A stretch of DNA of 62,338 nucleotides, counting the filler, from Diploschistes diacapsis (lineage: Eukaryota): NCBI GenBank assembly GCA_023645945.1. It is 7 parts of 7 records of this genome, joined end to end, with 100 filler letters (N's around TTAATTAATTAA, not from the genome) between each part and the next. Parts side by side here need not be neighbours in the genome. Positions count along the whole stretch, not along the records: positions 1 to 25,033 come from JALAIB010000224.1; 6 more parts are not named here. The stretch is one strand, 5' to 3'. A model generated the notes under the pieces. That model saw only the letters and a program-made list of their open reading frames with translations. It was not told where the DNA came from and searched no databases. Below, piece after piece: positions 10,636 through 21,238 of the stretch. Made by a program: the position numbers and the translations under genes. How positions within the stretch are numbered: the stretch's first letter is position 1; each line of letters opens with the position of its first letter.

Positions 10636-11879
10636 GAAGAGAACAGCACAATGAAGAAGAATATCCATGAAAGTGACGTTCGCAAGTGAAGCCTGTGGGA
10701 CGCTGCTTGGAGTCTCCGTCATAGCGACAGAAGCTGCTAAGGCCGGGACCCCACTTTCTCAATACTTATCTAGAATGTAGAATGGCGTTTGGCATTCGAT
10801 TAATCTCGATTCAGACTCTGGTGATAACAGGTGACCGCTTCGTCCCTAGGGCTAGCAGTCGTTGCCGTCCTTCCTGGCGCATTTTGACCCTACATCGTCA
10901 AACTCGAGCCTGTATCGCTAATCAAATGCGGCTAAGAGCTTCGAGCCCGAGGCTTCAAAACAAAATAATGCAACACAGTTGCCGCAGAAGAATATATGAT
11001 AATTTGTTAGCTAGATGCCCAAGATGTGATCGTGTACAGTGTCCGCTTTCAGATATCCATTTTAGGTGAGAGGACCTGTTCACTACAAGAGCCAATAGGC
11101 GTTTTCTATATTGGGGTTTTTGTTTCACTTCGCTATGTTACTTTCCTTTCGGGCTTCGTGCTAGACAATCTTTAACAACATAAGGAAATATTTCTCCCCT
11201 TCCCCAAGTAGGTCTGTTAGCAATAAGTTCTCTCTTTAGTCTCTGCTTTGACTCGCCCACCCCAGAGCCGTGGCAGCAAGCCGCAATTTTGTCCTTCCTG
11301 TTCCAAATCAATTCTATCTCAATCACCAGTGGCCAAGGGGAGTGACTTGAGCCTGCGGTTCAAATTGCCCCCCTCCAATGGTACAGGGCCAGATAAGGCT
11401 CAATTACTGCCTAGCCTTCCCTCGTTCAGGGCCTAAGCTGCTGCCACCAGACATCTGCATCGATCTGCTTCGTCAGGCCATCCTGTGTCGTGCTCCACTG
11501 GATGACTGGGTAGTGTATTCCTTCAGTCACTGGCCATTGTCTTACCTTTTATGAGGGACTTTTATTGCTGCAACGAAAGAGTCGAAATTTCGTATTCCAG
11601 ATCACGCTCGACTTATATCATCAACATCGAGTCCTTCGATATCAAATGCCACAGGAGATTGGGAAACAGCGATAGACCTTCAATTCAGAACTGGTGCCGA
11701 CCCTGCTGTCGAGGCGACATCTACAATCTACACTCACTTCTCACAACTGATTTTCTGCCCAGATGTCAATCTTGGTTGCCGTCCAGATCTCAATTTTGGT
11801 TGCTATAAGAACAGGCGAGACTACCTTCTAGAGTTTTGTCCTTCGTGCTTTCTCAACTCAAAACACAGACTTCTTTAAA

Positions 11880-12698
11880 ATGGCTGCCTCTCCTCCTACT
11901 CCTCCTCCTCCCTACTCATCACACACATCCTTACCATTATCACGTCCATCTTCAACACAATCGTTAGCACAGGATCGTGGCTTGCAACTTAGTTCTACAT
12001 CTCCCAGCAATCTATACATTACCACCAATTCATTCGCCATGCCACCCCTCAAGTCTCGTCTCCTCGCTTGGAACAAGACACCAACCAATCCACACTAGCA
12101 AACCCCAGCCAACCTTGGGATCAATCCGATGTTCAACTGCCATTACACGACAACCCCGGCGCTACTGAACAAGTTGAAGGCATTTTCTACCATACATACC
12201 TTGTATGTACCATTTCCTTCCTACGAGACTTAACTAACATTTAATAGACTCCCACCATGACAGGCTCTAATTTGATAACAAAACTCCATTGCAGGCGACA
12301 CCTTGCCCACTTGTTCCGGTCCCCTCGAAACATGGCCATCATGCTCCTTCTGTCTTTCGTTGCCTTCGCCCTGATAGAAGGGCTTGACTTTCAATTGGAG
12401 CACGTCTCAGTCTTCTGGCATGACGTTCTTACGGGGCTCTTTGGTTCGTTCCTTGGCAATGTTCTTGCTAGATGCATATTGGAGTTCCAGAACGAAAAAA
12501 TTTAACGGACTGAGGATCGTCTGCGCGAACCGGGGTTGGACCGGCAAGGGAGAGCAAAGTTGAAGAGCGATAAGGAGTTAGCGGAGTATTTACATGAGTG
12601 GTACAAAATCATTCTAATCGTCGTCTTGGTGTTCGCGTTCTAAGGGTATGCCGCGGTGCGAAAGGACTGCAGGGAGCAAATGAAAAAGAACAGTTGAT
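11880..12698 (+). pseudogene. Possible decayed small membrane-protein gene
   Basis: Start MAASPPTPPPPYS and a canonical-looking intron 12203-12249 (GTATGT..CTAAC..TAG). Hydrophobic segments are interrupted by in-frame stops at 12096, 12503 and 12641. Confidence 0.35.
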
Positions 12699-14255
12699 TG
12701 GGAAGGAATGATACCGTCACTAAGATATCGGGATTGTGGCATGCTTTGTGCTGTTATTGATCACACTTAAAAAGTTGTCTCTTTATTGATTGCACTAAAA
12801 GTTGTCTGTTTACGGATTACACTGCTAGACCAAGGGGGTAAAGAATGATAACAAATTGAAACTTGATGGTGCGTCACTCGATGCTAAATACTAAATAATA
12901 GACTGCTCGATGCTCGATAACGAGCATCGCGCATCTAACGATCACGTGACCAAGTGTCACCTGCCAAGGCTATAATCTATATTTTGTTTCAGCGTCGAAC
13001 AACAACGATCCTCATGGGTTTGCGGTAAACAGCTTTGATTATAACGAACATAGACTTGGTACTTCATGCTAAGTTATGGAACAATCTTTCGAGTAACTTC
13101 TCCATGACTGTGTTTGGACTCTTTAACGAGACAGCTGATAGCCGCTTCCTCAACAGTGTAGAACTCTATACTTCTCGGAGGACCTCAGAGCAGCAGCCTT
13201 GCGCCATTCTTCCTACCAGATATTTCCGCATTGCGGCTCAGTAATGCAATGCTGCGAGGAACTGGGCTGTGTCGCTGCTCTCTACTCTCTACTCCTACAT
13301 CCCGCAAGATTTGAAAAATGGAGCCACTTTTGGCCCCCCAAGAAACTCAAATGTCGCCCCCAACGGGCTTTTCAAACGAGGTAAGACTGTGCCTGTCAGG
13401 ATGGATCCTTATGTTATTCACAAGGGCTTGTATTGCGCATGCCTCTCATAGGCTAGCTGAGATGTTTTTACTGTGCATTTGTTGGGAAGAATTAGGATCC
13501 TGCGGGGAAAAGTCATTCACTTGAATCAAAGGTGTGAATGAGGTGGTGTAGTAGTTTTCATAGACCCAGCGCTTGCAGTCTTACTAGGATAACCTCCAGG
13601 TCGGCCTCACGCAGGCGGCCACGAACACGACCGGCTCCGACATCGTGCAGTGCGCCGGCACCTCCGGCATCCCCGGCGGGACCCGGCCGACCGCGACTTG
13701 CGTCCATAGGCACCGTCCCCGGCGCAGCGGTCAGCACGGCGGGCATCTCGGACCTTGGGGCGGTGCCGACGGGCCTCGACGCTGTCGGCCGTCAGCCCGA
13801 GCCCGACGCTGAGCTTCTTGACCGGCGGCCAGTCGGGTGCCGAGGGAGGCGGGTCGGCCACGGGATCTTCCACGGCGTCTGCCACTTGCGGCCTCGAGCT
13901 CGGCCGCCGCCGCGTCGGTCAGGCAGACGATGTTCGGTGGTGCTCCGGTGTTGCCGGTGGTGGTCTCTTTGCTGTCGATGGCTTTGGGAGGGGTTGCTTT
14001 CTTTCTGTGAGAAAGACTTTGCAGGGAGAACGTTAGCGGTAGTATGTTATCCCAGAGCATTGCATGCAGAACGGTTAGCATGTGCTGGGTTTTTTCAATT
14101 GATTCTGCTCGGATATATTTGAATAAAGTCCATGTCATGGGGGAAAGCGTGAGCACCCCGCCACAAGTGCTGTGTGTAAATTCAATACCCCAAAGCTAGA
14201 CCATCGCTGCCCTCCCTCGAGACATGCGCCTCTTTCCCAGAACCCCCCCTACCTA

Positions 14256-16880
14256 CTAAACCCCCCCCACATCTGCACCCGCATTCCTCCTCTCCAGCCA
14301 CTCCAGCGTCATAGCCGCCAACAGGCCCGGCACCTCGCCCCTCTCCTCGACCCAGAAGCGGACCAGGCCCCGAATCTCCCTCCCGAAGGGGCCCTCGCTG
14401 CCGCCCGCGATCTTCATCGTGCCCGTCTCGCCATCAAACACCAGGCTCGTGCCCCAGGTCCGCTCGTCGTCTCCATTTCCACCTCCACCTCCACCTCCAC
14501 CTCCGTCTCCGTCCGACCCCCCGTCCTCCGGATCCGGATAGAACAGGCTGGTCAGCCGGAACTTGGCGCCGGCGACGAAGTCGACCCTCCAGCCCAGCAG
14601 GCTGGCGACGGCGGCGCGGAACTCGAGGCTCTTGCGGCTCCAGATGGCGCGCATGCGCGCCAGGCGCTTCTCCTTGTCCGCCACGGACGCTTCCAGCGCC
14701 TCGATCGCCGCCCTCGCCGAGTCCAGGTAGGCGACGGGCACCACCGCGCCCGTGTCCGTGGCCGCGCGGCCGGCCAGCTGCTGGTGCAGCGCCGCGTTCT
14801 CCGCCGAGAGCGCGCGCAGGCTGCTGAGCTTGACCGCGTCGTGGTCGCGCGTCGGGTTCTGGCGGAGGGAGAGGATGCGGGTGCGCGACTGCGACTGCAG
14901 CGAGGAGAGCTGGGTTTTTGCGGCGGCCAGCTCGGCGGCGAGGGAGGTGTGCGCTTTTTGGAGCGCGGAGAGGCTGTGCTTGAGGCTGTTGTTTTTGCGT
15001 TCGAGCTCTCCGAGGCGCGGGTCTGGTTCGGCGGCTGAGTCGGGAAGCGGCCGTTTTGTGGCGGTCAAGGATGGTGGCGGGTGCTGGACGGTGGTTTGAA
15101 GGGGAGCGGAGAGTTCGGTTTGCAGGGATTGGACTTCGGAGCGGTACTGCGAGACGAGGTCTTCGAGGGTGGAGATGCGGGCGCGGGCTTGCTCGTCTAT
15201 GGAAGGGAGGGCGGAAACATCGGCCGTTGCGGTGTCTTCGGATTCGAAGGTCTTGAGTTGGGCGCGGAGGTAGTCGATTTCTTTGACGGCGAGGTTCTTC
15301 TGGCGCTCGAGGCGGGCTTTGGCGCGGGCGTCGCTGCTCGAAGATGAAGTGGTGACGGCTGCAGAGCTGTCGCTGCTTGCGGTTGCTTTGGCTGCCTTGA
15401 GATCAGCCTTGAGTCTGTGGTTTTCGACTTCGAGCGAGTCGATTCTGGCCGCTTTCTCTAAAACTTCTGGCTGGAGGGTACCGAGTTTATTGACGAGGTC
15501 TGCGTGCTCCATGCGCTCCTCCGTCAGCGCTCGCGCCATAGCCTCGGGGGAGTCGAATTCTGCTTGGCCTTCCGTCATCGAGTGCTGCAGGTAGGAGACC
15601 CAGGCATTCCGCTCATCTTCGAGTAGCTGCCTCTGAATCTTTGCCTCGCCAAGCTCCCGTTCCACCTCGTCCAGCTTAATTAGCTTGTTCTGCAGCGTCC
15701 GCTTCTCTTCTTCGATGATCCCAATCGCTTTATACTCCTCTCTGAAACGCCGGAGCTCATTCGTTTGCTCTCGGTTTGTCATTTCCAACTTCCGGATGTG
15801 TGTGACTTGCTCAGAGAGCTCGCGCTTGATCATTGTAAGCTCTTCAGCATCCCCTCCTTGAGCTCGTAATTTGAGGACCTCGCTCTCCAGACTGCCCACT
15901 TCTGCCTCGCGTTCCAACAGCTTTTGCTGTGACGTGCGAAAGGCCGACTCTTTGTTCTCGAGGTCGGTTCGAAGATCGTTGAGCGTCTGCTGGAGCTTTG
16001 TGTGCTTGGTCTCGATTTCCTGAAATTGGTGCTTGTTCTGACGAGACACCGACGCCAGCTCCGTCTGTGCCTCGTCGACCTCCTCCGTCAGTGCACGGTT
16101 TTGCTCTTGCGCCACGCGCAGCTTCTTCTCGAGATCTTTCTGGGTGGACGCCGCAACCTCTTTCACGTCGTCAACTTCCCGAGCCAGAGCCTCGTACTTG
16201 CTGGCTGTGACATGTTTGCTGCTTTCAGAAGCCTACCGTAAATGAATTAGCTCCCCGATCCAACCCAGGATACCAAGGGCCACCCACCTGCGCCCTCTTA
16301 AAGTCCGCCTCCGCCTTCGCCTGCACGTCCCGCAACTCCTTTTCGTGCCTCAACTTCATCATCTCCTTCTCCTGCCGGAAGGCATCCACCTCATACTGGA
16401 ATTTCTTCAACTGCGCGTGCAGATCCTCATTCCCGGCATCGACTAGAGCCCCATCAGCTCTCCCACTCAAAACCTAAAGCTTCCAAACCGAGCGCCCTTA
16501 CCCGCTTTCACGACAGACGGCCTCCTCGCGCTCTGCCTGGGCGTCGAGCCCGGCTCGTCGCCCCCTCCACCGGTCAAGAAGTCGTACGAGGGCTGCGTGC
16601 TCGCGAGGCGGTTGGCTGCTGTCTAGGAGCCGCAGCACAAGTCAGTCAGTCAGTCAGTCAGGTCAAAGCTGGCGCAAATCCCCTCCGTTCATGGGGCCCA
16701 TGTTTGAGTTTCTGTGCATCCATCACTTACCCTCGATGCAGCCATCGGGATGCGCGTCAGCGAGCTCCGACGCCCTCGTGACCCGCTCCTGCTGGCGCTT
16801 TCTCCGCCGCCGCCGTTGTTCGAGTCGGTGCTCAAGCGGCGGGACTGACGGAAGCTGGTGTTTATTCGCGCGGGATGCAT
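14256..16880 (-). CDS. MAD1: Spindle assembly checkpoint protein Mad1 (about 800 aa, 4 exons)
   Basis: Exons 16880-16731, 16622-16502, 16442-16288 and 16232-14256 join in frame. Long coiled coil, RLERQKNLAVKEIDYLRAQLKTF, Mad2-interaction motif RILSLRQNP, C-terminal domain SLEFRAAVASLLGWRVDF...FWVEERGEVPGLLAAMTLE. Confidence 0.93.
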
Positions 16881-17712
16881 TCGACTAGCTGTGAATGGAA
16901 GCGGTGTCAAAGCCGTAGGAGGAATTGGCGCGCTCGACGTACTTTCGATCGCGATGGAATTATAGAACGCTCGATAAAGGGTGATTGGGGAGAAGAAAAA
17001 AGACGGGACGGATGCGGAAGTGCGAGCGAAAAGAAAACAACGCGCTAGCAAGTGATCGACAAGCATCCACGGACAACCATCAATCAACAAGGGGGATGGA
17101 GAACATATGAACACTCAATATGCGACATGTCAATACCTCGATAATTAAGATAGATCAATTCATCATCATTCTCATCCACTACCAAGCTATAACTAACAGA
17201 CAACTGCGAGGCTCGCCTCGTAGTTCCGAGGAAGTAAAAGAACTCGCAACGGTCCGGGAGATACTATATACAAATCCTCTAAATCTAGAACAAGAACCGG
17301 TTCCACACCTCGATAGAGACATTATGGGATCTGGTAAAAAGGAAGCGAAGTTTTCAAGGCTCGGACGTTCGTGCCATAAAAACCATGCACACGTAGTAGG
17401 TCTTGCCATTCCCGCACTCTCTGTGACATGCCATTGCGAGCAAATAAACACCTCTACTCGAAATAATGGATCAAGATCCCGAGAAGCGAACAACGGTCTG
17501 AGAAGAGCTGGTTCAAGCAAATCGCGAGCTCTCCTCAACATCCCTAAGCTGACCACGGGATATGAGCAATCATGTATCCAGTGAAGCGGATGCGTTTCCT
17601 CCGAGAAAAGTCCGTCATCAATATCCTAGCAAAATCTAATCGCTCCATCGAGCGCCCAGCCAGTACTCCGTCAATATCCTTCATGCCCATGAGTATCAGC
17701 GGACAGGGATAT

Positions 17713-19549
17713 TCAGTCCTTCTTAGTGGGAAGCGGCTTCCTCGTCATAGGCGATGCGGGAACAGAGCCAGACGTTGAGGGGAGCTCGGCGGCAGGAATC
17801 TGGATCGGCAACTGAATATCCCGTGCTTCTTTGCTCAAAGCGCTGGGGCCAGGAGCGTCCTTGCGGGCTTGCTTCAGATCGCTCATGGAGTTGCTGCGGG
17901 AGCGAGCAAGAGGACTTTGAGGCTTGGTCTGGGGACCGCCACCATAAGGACCGGGTGACACGGATCGCTTGGCGGGAATGGCATTGAGAGCAGGAGAGTT
18001 TGACCTGGGCGCGGTACTGGACATAAGTGCAGCTGGCCCTGACGCAGAAGATTCAGGTCGTGGAGCACCGGCGGAGGGAGGAGCTTGACGCTTCTGACCG
18101 TTATTGCGAGGCTTAAGAGGTAGACGTGAAAGGCAAGTGCGTGGAACAACGCCCCGGTCAACACGGGATGCGCCCTCTTTGCTGCGGCGGACAATCTTGG
18201 ACAGACACTGCAATACGTGTAAGCAGAATGACATGCCGTCTGGAACTTAAACTTACCCATCCATCGTCGTACTCGTGCATTACCTCAACAATTTCTCCAG
18301 CCCTGATTTGAAGCTCATCGTCCATGGTAGGGGTAAAGTCCATTTGAACACGGTGCATCTTGGAACCAGGACCAGGAGCTGCGCCTGAGGCTGCGGTGGC
18401 CATGGACACTTCACTGAAGTTTGAAGCGGCAGGACTTGCAGCCCCAGGCATGACGAGAGCCGGTGACTGGGTACGACTGATCTTGAGGGGAGCCGGAAGA
18501 CTGGTACGCTTGGCGGCAGCGGCAGTAGCAATACCTGCGGCTGCGCCTGCAGCACTAGCACCTAAAGCAATCTTGTCGGTATCAGTCACATTCGGACCAG
18601 CAGTAGGCCCGGCGCTGCTCTGGGTTTCGCGTATAGTCTCTGCTCCTGGACCAAACGGGTTGACGGGACTCTCAGCTCTCTTCTCGACGTCATGAGCCGG
18701 AGCAGCAGCTGCAAGACCCATGGGGGGTAGCACTGGTGCCTGAGATTGAACCATGCCTCTTTTAGTGGGTGCTGCCGCTGCACCAGGGTCTGCGAAAGGA
18801 TTTTTCTCATTCTGAGCCTCTGCATGGGCTTCCTCGTTCCTGCGCTTCCTTGAACGGTACAAAGCAAATGCACCTGCAGCAAGCGCAAGAACACAGAGGA
18901 TAACACCAATGGCGATTCCAGCCTTCGCGCCAGCAGAAAGTCCAGAATTGCTAGAGTCGTTATTCGTGACCGTAGTGGAAGCCGGGGTGGTAGTAGCTGC
19001 AGCAGCAGCAGCAGCAGCAACAGAGACGCTTGCAGATGTCAAAGAGGCAGGGGTGGTTTGACTTGCGACAACTTCCGGAGAGAGTGAGCTGGTGCTCGTG
19101 TGGTCATCGTGAGTTTTGATTGACTTGAGGAGCGAGGTACTTGGGGCTGGTGTCGGTGTCGAAGACTGGGTTTGAGTAGTCGCTGCGCCCAGTGAAAGTG
19201 CAGGTGAAGGGGCAATGGAAGCTGGGGCAGCTGACGATTCTGGAGGCACAATAACTTGGGGAGAGTTGGACGACGGTGCAGGAGCAGCTGCTGACTGCGA
19301 CGAGGGCGACGCGGCGACTCCAATCGTAGTGAAGCCAGCGACAGGACCGGTGAAAGTCTGCGAGGCCGTCACGTAGACGATGGAGACAAACGTCCCAGAA
19401 GCTCCTTGGCCATTACCTGCATTCTCGTCAGAGTCATGAACATCAAGACGCTCTAGGGGTTTGCGACCTCCATTGCTGCCTCCACTCCCGTCATCGTGAT
19501 GATGGCCACTCTGACGGCGGTGCAGATGCTGATGCAAGTGAAAAGGCAT
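17713..19549 (-). CDS. Single-pass membrane protein with Ser/Thr/Ala-rich ectodomain and cytoplasmic SH3 domain (Fus1-like), 595 aa
   Basis: Exons 19549-18257 and 18207-17713 (49-nt GTAAGT..CAG intron). TM GAKAGIAIGVILCVLALAAGAFALY-RSRKRR. SH3 HRVQMDFTPTMDDELQIRAGEIVEVMHEYDDGW|CL...GVVPRTCLS. Confidence 0.88.
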
Positions 19550-21238
19550 GCTCGACGTCTTGCGATCTTCTCAACTGAATAAAACTTGAGGCTCTTTCGC
19601 TGTGTACGTGAAACAATCAAACCAGTCGTAAAGCCTTCCTGGGCTTCGAAAGGTTGCCTGAGCAAGGGAGGAAAGGAATGTGTGCAGTTGAAGAAAGGAA
19701 GGAATGCAAGGTCTACGCGTCAAACGAGTGAAGACGGCGCGACCTGCTGGGACAAAGTAACAGTATGTAGAGGTTGAAAGAGCGAAACCTCTCTGTCAAT
19801 TGTGTGACAGTTTCACAGCGTGGTGATGGACGGTGGGGAGGAGAGGAGAGGAGAGGAGAGAGAAAAGGTGAGCAAGAAGAAAGAGTGCAAGATGGGGGAT
19901 GAGACAGAGTAAATGGCAGTAGAAAGATGTGATTGGACAAGCAATTGGCGTAGAAACAAAAACACCCCCGGTGAACACAGAGGCCCATTAATTGCCCATT
20001 AATTCCCCTTTCTTTCACTGGTGAACACCGTATTGTATTGTTGGATTGTTGTATTATTATTGTTCCATCCATCCAGGAACAAGGTCGTCAGGAACAGGTT
20101 AGCGGGTAGAAGAAGCCAAGCCCCAATTTCCTGCGCAACGAAATTGCGCCCGTTTGCAGCCAATTAGAAAGTGGCTTTGCTCAACCTTCAAACCTTAGCG
20201 CCGAATCTGATTGAGGTCCAGAAGCGGGACATTTGGTCTAACATCGAGCTGGTAGCATGATATCACTTCTCACACAGTCATTGCATGGTAAGCTTGAATA
20301 TGCACTAAGAAGCTGGCATTCAAAAGAAACTTCTAACAGCCTTATGGCAGAACTCCACACGGGAAGGCTAATTACTACTTGCGTGCGCGAGGCTTGACCC
20401 TCTATCAGCGAGTTTAACAAATGGGAAGCGTTGTAATCTTTTTTATTCGGCTGTTAGTGGCTTGGCATTCATTCATATTCGGGTCATTTCCCTTTTCAAA
20501 AACGGATAATTATCCACCGTGATTTTACCCCGTTTGCTGCATCAAAACCCCCCTTTTCCCGTATCATTGCCTGCAGTCAGCAATGATTATTACTGGGGAT
20601 TGCGACAGCGAACATGAGCACACACGATCTCGACCCGTCCAGGACAACAGCACCACTCTGTTATAGCAATATGATGCCCCATAATTGAGTAGCTCTCTAC
20701 TATACAATAGGTATAGATACGCCTCATATTTACAGCAGTCACTCCTTCCTCCTTGGCACTGTTACCAGGCGCGGCTGATTAGTACTCCGGGGCCAACGGA
20801 AGTCACGAGGCTTAGAGGCTCTTTGCGCACGGCAGAGAGATGAACGACAGGGGTGACAGCTCTTGTATGCACGAAAAGGCCTAGGATGTCCTTCCATACT
20901 GCCGTACAGAAATGCAGCGCTCTAAAGTAAATCCAGTCAAGCACCCTAACCGCAGTGTCTGGCACTGGGCACGTAGTAAGGAAATGTATGAACAATGACA
21001 TTGGAGATTCTACCGAGTACATCATAGGCCTTGGCGTAGCGGGCCGGTTCACATGCGTGTCGCTGGTAGCGTCTTCAACCTCCACACCTTCCGACCAGAC
21101 CAAACAATGCAGCGTCTCTGTTCCGATCGGACAACTTGATTTCAACGGCGCAACGGGCCCCGTATTCAATCTGCTTCTTAGCACCAAATGCCACCCGAAC
21201 GACTCTCGTATTCCCACCTTCGCCCAACTGAGGTTGTC

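Noticed and set aside
14172..15038. 288-aa plus-strand ORF (likewise 30053-30964, 951-1478, 37582-38187, 7253-7855)
   Set aside because: Antisense or alternate-frame shadows of well-supported genes in GC-rich or low-complexity DNA; no motifs.
16474..16501. 28-nt mini-intron in MAD1
   Set aside because: It gives the wrong frame. The acceptor at 16443 with a GCTGAT branch site gives a 59-nt intron and restores the frame.
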